Below, piece by piece: positions 23,165 to 35,125 of a DNA stretch of 64,000 nucleotides. The notes under the pieces were generated by a model. That model made no database searches, was not told the DNA's origin, and saw only the letters and a program-made list of their open reading frames with translations. The DNA is from Felis catus. Its lineage: Eukaryota. The stretch lies in assembly GCF_018350175.1 (NCBI RefSeq), contig NC_058368.1, positions 177,384,001 through 177,448,000 of the forward strand. Direction: 5' to 3'. The translations under genes were made by a program, and so were the position numbers. The first letter of the stretch is position 1, and each line of letters starts with the position of its first letter.

Positions 23165-24464
23165 GGTTTTAGAATATTTTATAGCTGACTTCCAAGTTTA
23201 AAGAGGGAATATAGGTCAGAGAAAAGTGCAGTGGACTCAAGTTTGGGAGACCTGGACAGTGGTCCCAGACTATGGCTAGTATGTTTCATGGGTTACTTTG
23301 CTCATGGGTAACCTTGGTTACCCCATCTATAATGTGAAGAGGAAAACTGGCTTGGAAGAAAGGGCAGCCAGAACATTGGCCACAATCAAGTCATTGAGCC
23401 TGTCCTGCAAGGACTCTGTTAACCACTGTAGTGACCAAGGTCCAGATGCCATAAATGGCCATGCTACGCCCCTGTACTGGCCACTAAGTGTTGGTGCCAG
23501 AAGTGACATGTTTCACTCCAGCTGCTTCTACCAGGGTGGTTTCGTCATTGTCCCTCAGCTTAGTGTCACTAGCTCCCATGTGACATTATGAAATGATGGC
23601 TGGTGGTGCCTGCAGGGGAGGCTGGAAGGTGAGGGAGGTGCCTAGATTTTAGTTTCCTAAAGGAAACTAAAGGACCCTGCCTTTCACTAAGATTCATGTA
23701 CTAGGGAATACCCCAAACACAGGAAGGAATTCAGATGCTGGCCACCTAAATACAGGAAGAAAAAAGGCCGCCACACAAAATCCTTCCTAATGTTGTTCCA
23801 AGAGTATGAGAAAATGCTTACAAAGGGAGTCTGTGAGGCTTGGTAGGGGGCTTAGCAAATCAGGTGCTCAGCAAACCTTGTGATTTTTCACAAGTTGCAT
23901 TAATTCTCTCCTGGAACTGAGCGAAACAGGGCTTACAGAAGTTAGCTGGGCCTGTTAGGCCCCACTATGGCCACTGAATAAGGCTCCAAGCACATGCTCT
24001 AATGCACCCTTGGAAATATGGGGGCTTGCCCCTCTCCGGGGTAACCCCCCAAAATTGAACAGAGCAACAAACTGGGTTGATGAGATGACTTCAAACGCCA
24101 GAGCCTCTCCATTACTGAGGAATCAACTGGAGAACATTACAGTCAAGCAGAACTGAAGGCAGACAGCTCATTAAAAGGATGGCCCTCAGTAATGAAAGCC
24201 ATGCTGGCATAGGGACGCAGAAGGCCCTAGGAAAGTCCTGGCACATCCCAGGCCCAGTGTGCAAACGCAGGTCCCCTGCTCTGGCTTCCGACCCTGAGAA
24301 ACACTCTGCTTCCCTTCGTGGTGTCTTTTCCTCCACAATTCATCCATGGCTTCTCCCTTCACTTGCCCTGAGTGTAGCACTTTACAAGGTGCTTAAACAT
24401 TCAGAATCGGTTTCCTCACGTGCAAAAGGAGACAGTTACGCATACTAAGCAGGCTTGTTATAGA

Positions 24465-24630
24465 AGGTTGAAAACATTTTGCCGGGGGGCATGGGTCACA
24501 GGTCCCTTTGAAGATCTGATGAAAAGTGGTGATCCCCTTTCTAGGGAAAAATGTATACACACAAAAACACTCCCTTCCATGATTTTGCTTAAGATTTAAT
24601 GACGTCGTTGGAGTTCATCCATAAAAGCCT
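24465..24630 (+). mobile_element. hAT-Charlie MITE (MER103-like)
   Basis: 'gggtcacaggtccctttgaagatctgatgaaa...gaaaaatgtatacacac'. Confidence 0.65.
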
Positions 24631-24699
24631 AGACGGCTAGAGCGTGAAGTACCACGTTAAGGAATCCAGTACTCTCTGTGGAGGGCATTTAGGATACCG

Positions 24700-25200
24700 T
24701 AAGAGCTAGGACTTATTTTCAGCTCTTGGTAAGAGAGACACAGATAGATATTTCTCTGTGGTGCAAGCAAGATAGATACTTCTCTCTTTTGCAAAAGAAT
24801 CCAGAAGTTGGCAGTTCACAGTTGTCAACATCCCAGACTATGTTTTATCTCCCAGCTCCACCATTCCTAGTACTGGTTTCCATCCTCAGTATCCCTTCAT
24901 GGTCACCAGTTAGCCCCTGCCACCCTAGCCATCATGTTAGTATTCCAGTCAGTAAGAAGGAGGGCCTGGAGAGGTCAAATGGGTCTCCCAGCTGAGTCAG
25001 TTCCTTAGTAAGTATGCTTTCCTGGAAGCCCCGTCAAGTAACTCCCACCCCCATACTGTTGTGCAAAACTTAGATATGTATCTGAAAGGCCTTGGCAATG
25101 TAGGTTCTCATTTGGACTGATTGCCGGTCCTACCCAAATAGGCTCTTGTCCTAAGGGAGGAGAGGAGAATGGGCACTGGGTGGGCAGGGTGCTGTCTCCA
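24700..25200 (-). mobile_element. Old MaLR LTR remnant (MLT1K/L-like)
   Basis: 'gctccaccattcctag', 'tattccagtcagtaagaagg', 'ctttcctggaagcccc'. Confidence 0.55.
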
Positions 25201-25427
25201 CCTGAGGGGTAGGAAGATTGGAAGCAGGGATGTTGCAAGGTCATGTTGCTAGTACAATGGATTGCAGCCTGGAAAGAGCAAGGGAAAACAGGAGACAGAG
25301 AGATGGTGAAGGAGCCTGAGTTGGCGTGGGGACTGCGGGCATGGAGAGAAGTCAAAGGGGAGAAGCCGGGAGCAACAGGACTTGGTGGTGGATGGGATGT
25401 GAGGGTGGAAGAGAGGGAGGGTGGCAC

Positions 25428-25870
25428 TGTGACTTATGGTAACAAGTATGTATTTGGTCTCTGTCCCCATTTCTGTCACAGAGCTCCTGAAACCCTCAGG
25501 ATCCCCTAAGCGATTAGAGCAATAAAGTTGGTTTTTGTTCTGTTAATGAGGAGACCTCAGGACCCCGCCCATGGATGGGGGCTGGTTGCCAGAACCAACC
25601 CTGTGATTAGAGGGTTCGAACTTACAGTCCTGCCCCCTGACTTCTGAGGGTGGTGGGGAAGGTGCTGGGGATTTGACTCAATCAGCAACGATCAATGACT
25701 TAATCAGTCATACCTGTGCAATGAAGCCTCCTTGAAAACCCAAAAGGATGAGGTTCAGAGTGCGTCGTGGAGCACACGGGCTTCGTGTGAACGCGTGGAG
25801 ATGCGGGGAGAGAGGGGGGCATGGAGGGCGTGCGTGGAACCTCCCCACACCTTGCCCTGTGCCTCTCTTC
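25428..25870 (+). mobile_element. MER21-family ERVL LTR, 3'-truncated
   Basis: 'tatttggtctctgtcccc...cacagagctcctgaaaccct', 'gtgattagagggttcgaactt', 'aatgaagcctccttgaaaacccaaaagga'; homology stops at 'gcctctcttc'. Confidence 0.85.
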
Positions 25871-25878
25871 TGACAAAG

Positions 25879-25950
25879 AGATCCCACGAAGCGCGGGATC
25901 ATGACCCGGGCCGGTCAGACGCTCAGCTGACTGAGCCGCCCAGATGCCCC
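25879..25950 (-). mobile_element. Can-SINE 5' head only (body and tail missing)
   Basis: 'gatcatgacccgggccggtcagacgctcagctgactgagccgcccagatgcccc'. Confidence 0.85.
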
Positions 25951-25974
25951 TGCTTAAACACATTTTTCAAAAGT

Positions 25975-27440
25975 CACCTTTATTGAGCTATAGCTTACAT
26001 ACAATAAACGCACACCTTTGAAGTGCACCGTTCAATGAATTTTGTCAACTGCGTACACCTTTTGGGTAACCACCACCCCAGTCAAGGTAGAGAATGTTCC
26101 CATAATTACGGAAAGTTCCCCGGTGCCCCTTCCCACTCAGGCCCTACATCCCCTACCCCTGGCAAATGCGGCTCTGATTTCTGTGAGTATGAACTAGTTT
26201 GCCTGATTTGGGACATCACATACATGGAATAATTCAGAAAATACTCTTTTTGGTATGGCTTCTTTTACTCTGCGTCCTGCTTCTTAGATTCCTAGTGTTG
26301 TTGTGTGTTTGTTTCTAATTCCAGGCAGTATTCCGCTGTGTAAATACACCCACAATTTGTTTATCCATTCACGTGTTGTTGGATATTTGGATTGCCTTCA
26401 GGTTTTGGCTGTTGTGAACAGACCCTTACGAACATTTATGTACAAGCCTGTATTTTCATTTATCTCAGGTAATTACCTGGAGGTGGAAGAGCTCGATCCT
26501 ATGCTAAGTAGATATTCAACTTCTTGCGGAAGCTGCTGAATCGTTTTCCAAAGTGGTTGTACCATTCTGTTGTTCATCAGCAGTACACGAGCATGTCATT
26601 GGCACCACATCCTTAACAACACTTGGTACCATCAGACTTTTTATTTTATTTCCTTTTAAAGATTTTTAGCCATTTCGGTGGATATGACGTTGTATCTCAC
26701 TGTGGTTTAAATTTGTATTTTCCCGATAACCACCATCTTTCTATACGTGTATCGGAGATTCATGTACCCTCTTTTGAGAAGCAAAGTGGGGTTTTTTTCC
26801 CCACTTAAAAAGAATTAGATTATTTCTCTTCTTCTTTTTTTAATTTTTTTTTAATGTTTATTTATTTTTGAGACAGAGAGAGGCAGAGCATGAACGGGGG
26901 AGGGTCAGAGAGAGGGAGACACAGAATCCGAAACAGGCTCCAGGCTCCGAGCTGTCAGCACAGAGCCCGACGCGGGGCTCGAACTCACGGACCGCGAGAT
27001 CATGACCTGAGCCGAGTCGGCCGCTTAACCGACTGAGCCACCCAGGCGCCCCTCTCTTCTTCTTGTCAAATCGTAGAAGGTTTTCTTTTGTTTTTTGGGG
27101 TTTTTTTTGTATTCTGGATACAAGCCCTCTGTCAAACAATTGTTTTGAAAATAACTTCTCCGGTCTGTAGTTTGCCTTTAATTTTCTTAATTAATTGTGG
27201 CTTTCGAAAAAGAGAAGGTTTAAATTTTGTTAGAATCAATTCATAACGTTTTGTTTTGGTTCACGGTTTTTGTCACATCCAAGGAACCTTTGCTCAGCCC
27301 AAGTCTGTAAAGATTTTCTCCTATGTTTTCTTCTAGAAATTTAGAATTTTTAGCTGTTAGGAGAGTTATGTTTTGTGCGTGGTATGACACAAGAGATAGG
27401 TCCACTTTTGTCCTTACAACTATCTAGTTGTCCTGGCACT
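25975..27440 (-). mobile_element. Ancient L1M 3' remnant
   Basis: 'ctttattgagctatagcttacatacaataaa', 'ttttccaaagtggttgtaccatt', 'gattttctcctatgttttcttctaga'. Confidence 0.88.
26837..27052 (-). mobile_element. Can-SINE, CpG-rich and relatively young
   Basis: Perfect 12-bp TSD tctcttcttctt (26825-26836 / 27053-27064). Confidence 0.97.
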
Positions 27441-27704
27441 GGTGTAACCACCTTGCACACTCAGATACTTTTTTGAAATAGCAATTTATTGAAATACTTT
27501 CTGTGCCTTGTATATCTGGTCCCTCTGGTTTGCTGGATGCATGCTTCACTTGCCTACGTCGTAATCCAGCTCTGACTGCTGATTTTTCATGGGTTGTATT
27601 TGCATTGCCTGTGGCTGACTCAGGTGGAACCAGCCGTCAGGCATTGGGTGGGCTGGAGCCCAGGAGAAAAGACTGAGCTTTATTTTTCTTTTTTTTTAAG
27701 TATA

Positions 27705-27917
27705 CTAAAAATTTTTTTTCAATGTTTATTTTTGAGAAAGAGATAATGAGCACAAGCGGGGGAGGGGCAGAGAGAGCTGGAGACACAGTATCAGAAGCAG
27801 GCTCCAGGCTGTGAGCTGTCAGCACAGAGCCTGATGTGGGGCTTGAACTTGTGAACCACGAGATGATGACCTGAGCCGAAGTTGGACGCTCAACCAACTG
27901 AGCCACCCGGGTACCCC
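27705..27917 (-). mobile_element. Can-SINE inserted in the tail of an older copy
   Basis: TSD tttttaagtWta (27693-27704 / 27918-27929). Confidence 0.93.
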
Positions 27918-28121
27918 TTTTTAAGTTTATTTTTATTTATTTTGAGAGAAACAGAGAGCAAGTGGGGGAGGGGCAGAGAGCGAGGGAGACAGAATCCCAA
28001 GCAGGCTCTGCACTGTCGGTGCAGAGCCCAGTGTGGTGTTCGAACTCACAGACTGTGAGATCGTGACCTGAGCCGAAGTCAAGAGTAGGGCTCTTAACCA
28101 ACTGAGCCACCCAGGCACCCC
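27918..28121 (-). mobile_element. Older-type Can-SINE
   Basis: Head contains the 'ctcttgacttcggc' variant; outer TSD aaaag(ac)tgagcttta (27667-27682 / 28122-28135). Confidence 0.93.
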
Positions 28122-29499
28122 AAAAGTGAGCTTTAGATACAGAACTGGGACATATATTGCTAATGGCTGCAGTCGCACAACATCAGATCCGTGGGAAAGC
28201 CACAGAGAGATTCTTTCTGGATTCTGCAGCCCCACCTTTCTTCCCCTTGCCTCTTTTGCCTATAGGTGGTGGCAGGTCCCCACTGGGGGCTTTACACCCC
28301 CTTGTTGGCTTTCACACCTCTAAATTCTAACACTCCTTTTGCACGTGCCATCTGTTTCCTCCTGAGACCCTGACTGATACCCAATTATGAAACAGTTTAT
28401 GAAAAGTAACATCCCTTATTCTCCCTCATGTTCAACATCTGGGCACATACCTGATAAGCATTTAAGCAGCCCATAATGGGCTGAAGCTGCAGGCTTCCAT
28501 TGCGAAACCTTAATCTAAGAATGCAAACCCGAATGTAGTGTCTATTGGTAATTTCTGAACTCAGTCCCGGAAGGAGGCCCAGAAGTTTCCACTGGGTACT
28601 AGACTGTTAGATCTTCAAGGGTGGGAATCATTTCTGTGTTGGCTCACTCTTGACTGTCGGGCACATAGGAAAGCACCTGACACGTGGCAAACCCTGATAC
28701 ATTGGAAACCCCGCAGTAGCAACAGCACCCCTCCCTACACCCCCAGCGGCTTAGGATGGTACCATCCGCATTTAATGGGTAAAATACTAAGTACAACCCA
28801 GTGAGGGCATTCAGCGCAGGAATTTCGAGCCGTTTGATCAAGGCCACATTGGTCACAAATGAATAAGCCTTGCGGGTTCCAGGTGAGGTTGGGAAAAGGT
28901 AAAAGGGCTGGGTCAGTGGAGATAGGATCGCAGGGGAGAGTGGAATCTACCCTATCGGGCTGTGGCACGGCCATCATCTTTATTCTGGTGCGTGGCCAAG
29001 TGCTCCAGACCTGCTTCAAATCCCATCTCAGCCAGCTTCCTGGATGTGCGGCCTTGGGCGCACATCACTGAACCGCCCAGGTAATTCCAGCTCAGGCAGG
29101 GCTTGGTGCAGGGAATCAAGGACACTCCCAGAACGCACCTTCTCCATCTCTCTCTGAATCTCACAAGTTGGCAGCCTCAGGGCCAAGCCTCACATGCTTT
29201 CTGATTCAGTGTCACCTTCCCAGCCAGAGGTTGCTCAGTGGGGTCACAGACCCACGATCAGTGTGGCCGTGGGGTGTAACACACCGATGAGCTTAGGCCT
29301 GGGCCGTGTTGTCCACTTCTGGGGCCTAGACCATGTGGACAGTAAGTGGGGGGGGGTGTGGTCCTCCCCACCCCCCTCACATCCCTACAAGGGAACCGAG
29401 AGCTCTTTGGAGGGTAAAGGGAATGGGTGTTACAGGGAAAGATGACAGAAGTTGCTGCAAGCTCTCCACTATCAATATTTTAGAAAATGGGGAGGAGTG

Positions 29500-29720
29500 A
29501 AAAAAGCTCTGCGTTCAAATCCTACCTAGCTTGGCCACTTACTTGCTGGGAGGACTCAGGAAAGTCTGCTTGTTTGAGCCTCAGTTGTCTCATTATAGAG
29601 TGGAGAAGATACCTCCTCACTTACAGTCTGTGTGCAAATGAGCAGTCATGTAAAGGGCTCCATTTGGCACCCAGGCCACGGGCAAGCACTAAATGGTAGC
29701 AATTATTATTATAATTATTA
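29500..29720 (+). mobile_element. MIR remnant
   Basis: 'gttcaaatcc...ccacttacttgctgggaggactcagg...gagcctcagttgtctcatt' with a (TAT)n tail. Confidence 0.75.
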
Positions 29721-30590
29721 TCATTCCCTGGTTTGGGCCTCTGGGAGTCTACGGATGCCCAAGGACCAGCTGCAGATCATTAGGTTTCATGTGGCTGACA
29801 TCTGGGCTCCGAAAAGCAAGTGTTGAGGACGTGTTGCTATCACTTAGACCACAGGGATACAGCTCGATGGGGGCTCAGGCCACAGGCTTCCCCTGTCAAG
29901 CATCTGCATGGGGAGGGCGGGACAGGCCTCTGTCCAGCCTGGTGTCTGGTGACTTGTTAAATAAAGGCCCAAGAGCACTGGTAACAATCTTATCTAAATG
30001 CACATCGAAGGCGGTACAGAGACTGGGAGATGAGGGTGAAGCCCGTGTTAAATGCTTCATATCGATGCAAAGACTACAGGTTGTCTCCTGGTGTCTGTTG
30101 TCCCTTCTCTCCAATAGGATCAGGACCCCAATGTTAACCTCTGCACATCAGTATCCAGAATAAAGGCATGTCCCACCCCTTTCTTTTAGCTAGTTAGAGT
30201 GTATTCTGGTCAATGGGATGTGAACAGAGAGATCTGTGCAAGTTCAGTGTCTTGCTCTTAGAAGGATAGGGGCGTGTCCTTTCTCCTCTACATGCTGGCT
30301 GGCATGAATGCATGATGGTGAGCCATTGGGTCCATGAGGACACAGAGCAGCAAGAGAGAAGGAACCTAAGTTCCTGGGACTCTGGAGCCCCCATATCAAC
30401 CCTGAAGTGCTCATGCCTGGAGACATCAGATCATGCCTGGAGACAAACAAATCTCTTAGGGTTGAATATGAGTTCTGCCGTTGTAAAAGAGACCCCAACG
30501 ATACATCTGCATCTTTAGGAGAACACGCTTTCCACCCTTTGCTGCGATGAGTAAAACAAAGCTCAGAAAGGTTTAGAAACTTGCAAAAAG

Positions 30591-31046
30591 TGCATTAGTG
30601 TTAACACTAGTTATGGTGACAAATAGACCCAATGCCAGACATATGTAGTCTTAAACACTATGATGTTTATTTTCGGCTCACTTGACAGTAGTTGGAAGAT
30701 GAAAAAGTCAGTGGGGCAACCTTCTCTTTGCAGTCATCAGAGACCCGGGATAATGGAGGTGCTTCCACCTTCAATGTGTAAATTCCAATGCAAATTCCAA
30801 CATGGAGATCTTGTCTTGGAGGCCAGCTCCCTTCCAGCCGGCCAGGAGGGGAGGAAAGCATGGAGAAGGACCGGGGAGTTTCATGGGCCAGATCATGAAG
30901 TGGCACACACCTTTCTCACTTTCATTGGCTAGAACTCTGTCACATGGCAAATCTAACTGCAAGGGAAGCTCACAAAGGTAGTCTACCTGTGTGCCCAAGT
31001 AGAAGAGGAAATGTTTCTGCTAAAGAGTCAGCTAGTCTCTGCCACA
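30591..31046 (-). mobile_element. MaLR LTR (MLT1J-like) inserted in a MIR
   Basis: 'gaagtggcacacacc...cattggctagaactctgtcacatggc...aactgcaaggga', ending 'agtctctgccaca'. Confidence 0.75.
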
Positions 31047-31147
31047 CTGGGGTCACTCAGCTAGAAGCTGCAGAGGCAAACGCGTCATCCTGATTCTGAA
31101 GCTCGGTGTCTTTTGGTTTGTCTCTGTTGCCTCCTGGGTTTGATGTC

Positions 31148-31543
31148 TGTGATGATCTTTTGATGCATCAACCTGGCTAGGCTACAGTCTCCAGTTATTC
31201 ATTCCAACACTAGGTGTCGCTATGAAGTTATTTCATAGATGTGGTTAAAGTCCATAATCGGTTGACTTTAAGTAGGGGAGATGGTCGTAGATGATCCAGG
31301 TCGGCCTGATTCATCCAGTTGAATGGCCTTAATAGGAAAACTGAGACTTTCCTGCTGAAGGAGAAATTCCACCTGTGCGCATCAGTGCCCATCTATGCCC
31401 AGTGGTTTCCAGCCTGTCCTTCCTGACGGCCTGCCTATAGATTTCAGACCTATCTAGCCAGGCTCCGCAATTGTGTAAGCCAATTCCTTGCAGTAAATCT
31501 CTTAATCTCCTAACGGTTCTGCTCTGCTGGTTGAACAATGTCA
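31148..31543 (+). mobile_element. ERVL LTR (MLT2D-like)
   Basis: 'tcaacctggctaggctacagtc', 'gttgactttaagta', 'gtaagccaattccttgcagtaaatctc'. Confidence 0.85.
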
Positions 31544-31609
31544 TTTGCCCTCTGACTGTACTCTCTTCTCTCCAAGTTCCCTCCCTGTGACAGGTCCTGA
31601 TCTCCCACT

Positions 31610-32220
31610 GATATTCATTAATGTGTGCAACAAATATTTATGCACACTTACTTTACACCAGACACAGTGCAATGAACTGTCAAACATGGTCCCTGACCTC
31701 GGGAACTAGGGAGGCTCTCCTCGTGGGAGAGGCTGGCTTTAGTCAAATAATAAAACAAGCAGATATATAGTGTCATCTTATGGTAAATGCCGTGACATAA
31801 AAAAGTTCAGAGGACTATGAGGGGGCCTGATATCATCTGAAGTGTCAGGACAGCTTCCCTGATGAGTGACATTTGGAACCAAGCTCTGAAGGAGAAGTAG
31901 GAACACTCAGCTAAGGAGTGTGGGCAGCGCTTGGGAAGGGTGTCTCTGCAGGGGGAGCAGTATGGACAAAGGAGTTGAGATGGGGGAGAGCGGCAGGTTT
32001 GAGAATGGAGATCAGGCTAGAGGGGACAGAGAACCGAGCATAGCAAAAGGACGTCAGGAAGCAGAAGGCAGGCTAGGGGTGGGCCAGGCAGTACCTGATA
32101 GTCCATTTTGAGGATTTGGGTCTTCATCTTAAAAGCTCTGGGAAGCCACTGAAGAATTCTTAGCAGGTATTCCCATTGAAACATGGTCTGGGCTGCTGTC
32201 GCAGAAAAGATTAGAGAGCC
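31610..32220 (-). mobile_element. L2 3' remnant
   Basis: 'caacaaatatttatgcac', 'cagcttccctgatgagtgacattt', 'gggaagccactgaag'. Confidence 0.75.
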
Positions 32221-32804
32221 CCACAGTAGATGAGAGAGAGGAGCAGTTTTATCAAAGGAAGCACGGCTAAGCCAAGCCCAGCCCAGGCCTCCCTCCTACC
32301 TGTAAACCACCCGTTTGGCAATCAGAGTCCTACTCAGATGCCATCTCATCAGGAAAGCCTTCCTGGGGCCTCCCGACTGGACTCTCGAGCCGGCCCCAGT
32401 GCTCCTACGGTATGTTCCGCACTTTTCCTTCTGTGTCATAATCATTGGCTAAACTGCTTATCTTTCTCACGAAACTGTCAGCTCCTCGAGAGGAAAGAGG
32501 ATGTCTTCCTCTCTGTGTCTCTCAGGATCAAGCACAGGGCGAGTGTGTTGAATGAACTAGATGTTACTGAACCTCTCCCAGGGGTGTTTTCATTTCCATA
32601 GGCAATGCATGAAGGAGACATCAGGCCTCAAAAGGAAGTTACCCATGGAATTTCCACCTCGGTGACTATGGGAAGAAGTGACGTCTTTGGGTAGTGTGTT
32701 TGAAGGGCTCTCACAAACTGCACTGCTCTGTGTTTCATTGTGGCTAGGGAGTCTGTTACGCTTTTTTTTTTTTTTTTTTACCAATAATTTTATAGTTAGA
32801 TCAA

Positions 32805-33078
32805 TATTTCCTAAAGGGCTTTCCACTGAATTTCAGTGCCAGGGAATATTAATAGGTGCTATAGACAGACACACAAAAAATCCCTTGATCAAATGATGTA
32901 TGAAGCACAGGTTTAAACAAAGTTAAACAGGCTTCCTCTCTGCAAAGAAAGGTGTCTGTGCCAAAGTGCATTGTGAGGCCCTAATTGGGAGATACATGGT
33001 CGACAGCATTTCCAAACTTTGAAAACCACAGACCATAAGAGCATTGGGTCATTGGTGCAACATATTTCTGGGAAAACT
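32805..33078 (+). mobile_element. hAT-Charlie MITE remnant (MER112-like)
   Basis: 'ttaataggtg', 'ggtttaaacaaagttaaacagg', 'gtgcattgtga', 'cagcatttccaaact'. Confidence 0.5.
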
Positions 33079-33229
33079 GAAATGCGGTTCCTCCCTTAGG
33101 GTCAAATCTTCAACTATCACTTCTGTCTCAGGGACAACTCAATAGAAACCCTGTAGGGACAGAATAAGAATGCTTTGTCTTCTGTGTCCAGTGTGCCTGC
33201 CTTCAGCCTTTCCCATTTCAGTGAACAGT

Positions 33230-33760
33230 GGTGACATCCATCAGGATCCTGGGAGTCAGTGATGGCACCCACCCCTCCACCTAATCAACTGTGTCTCCAT
33301 CCCCTTGTCCAAGCCATCTCTCACCTGGATAACAACAATGGCCCCCCTAAGTGTTCTTCTGGGCCTCTAGTCTTATCTGTACTGATGCATTTTCCACATA
33401 GCAGCCAGTCTGACAAGGGGTGAGTTAAACCAGGTCATCACCCAACCTAGTCACTGGTTTCTTCTTGTCCTTGGGACAAAGCTCACCCCCTTGACCAGGC
33501 TCTGCAAGGCCCGGTGGGACGCAGCCCTGTCGACATCTCCAGGCTCGTGTCAGTCTCCTGCCTTCTTTCTGGGATGCTCCCATCAGGCTGATCTCTAAGT
33601 TTGGGGAACACAGCAAACTCTTTTTGCCCCGGGAAGTTTCCAAGCACAGTTGCCTCTGCCTGAAAGTCCCTTTTCACCAGCTCTTTGCCTATGTAGCCCT
33701 CCCATCCCCCTTAAGGCTTTCAGATTTTGTTTAAAGTGAGGCCAGCGAGTCCTCAAGTTA
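33230..33760 (+). mobile_element. L2 remnant
   Basis: 'tctcacctggataacaacaatggcccc', 'ttccacatagcagccag', 'gttgcctctgcctgaaag'. Confidence 0.65.
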
Positions 33761-34712
33761 AATCGGGCACACTCCCATTGCACAGATCATAACGTATGTG
33801 ACCATGATGTATCTCCAGTCGCGTGTAAACTCCCAGAGGGAGGAGCATGTCTGCTTTTCTTCCCATTGTAGGACCAGCTCCTGGAGCCCGGCTGGCCCAC
33901 AGTGGTCCTGCCGTACACATTTGCTCAAAGGAGAGAAGGTGATTCTGGATGCACGTGGCTCTGTGTGTCTGCTGCTCTCCTCTCTCTCTACTTTCAGGTT
34001 GTGCCCGGGCTGTCCAGGTGCCTGCTGGTGCCCTAGAGCCTTGGGGATGACCAGAAGTACAACGTCAGCCAGAGACCGCGAGGGGCAGGCAACCTCCACA
34101 GGCCACAGTGTCTGCTCTGGGCCGGCTCTGCAGTGGGTTGGGCCTGGCAGGTTCTGGTATGACTCGTGGGAATATAATTCAGAAGAGAGGATAAATCGGA
34201 AAGGGTATGGAAATGCATATGACGTGTTTTTAAATGCTCAGACCCTTCAACTTAACAAGATGGAAACCTTTATGTGGAAAGATGTTCATTTTAATGCTAT
34301 TTATAAAACCAATTGGAAACAACTAAAAATCTAACAGTAGAGGGATGGTTAGGGAAAGCATAGTGCCTCCATTCTATAGAATATTACCCAACCATTTACA
34401 ATAATGTTTAAGGAGAGTTTAGAGAAATCCAAGGAAATGCTTGAGAAATAATAATTCATCACAAGAAAAAAATTGTAACTATATGTGGTGATGGATGTTA
34501 ACTAAGATCATTTTGATACCTATCTATTTATCTCTCTATCTTTGTATATCCCAAGTCATTATATTGTACACCTAAAACTAATGCAATGCTTATATGGCAA
34601 CTATATCCCAATGAAAGAAAGAACGATAAATTTTAAAAAGTGGGAAATATATGTATATAATATACACACACATATAAAAATTTTAAAATATATATGTCAA
34701 GATATAAAAATA

Positions 34713-34934
34713 GGGGCGCCTGGGTGGCGCAGTCGGTTAAGCGTCCGACTTCAGCCAGGTCACGATCTCGCGGTCCGTGAGTTCGAGCCCCGCATCAGGC
34801 TCTGGGCTGATGGCTCGGAGCCTGGAGCCTGTTTCCGATTCTGTGTCTCTCTCTCTCTCTGCCCCTCCCCCGTTCATGCTCTGTCTCTCTCTGTCCCAAA
34901 AATAAATAAAAACGTTGAAAAAAAATTAAAAAAA
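34713..34934 (+). mobile_element. Young felid Can-SINE (SINEC_Fc type)
   Basis: ggggcgcctgggtggcgcagtcggttaagcgtccgacttcagccagg; perfect 14-bp TSD aagatataaaaata (34699-34712 / 34935-34948). Confidence 0.97.
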
Positions 34935-35125
34935 AAGATATAAAAATAAATATAATTGAATATACATATAATGTAAATATGACATACAATCATAGATAAA
35001 ACATCAGTGAACCTATAATAATTATCAGGAACTTATACCCAGAAAAAAGGTGTAGGAAAAACAGATAAAAATATGAATAGATGTGTGAGTGGTAAGCACT
35101 ATTAGTGTTTTTGTCCCCTTCCTAA

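Noticed and set aside
22712..23180. Novel dimeric SINE family
   Set aside because: Nested TSDs show two independent insertions of different age
33798..34334. 178-aa ORF
   Set aside because: No recognisable homology, 3' part lies in an L1 remnant, no exon-like structure
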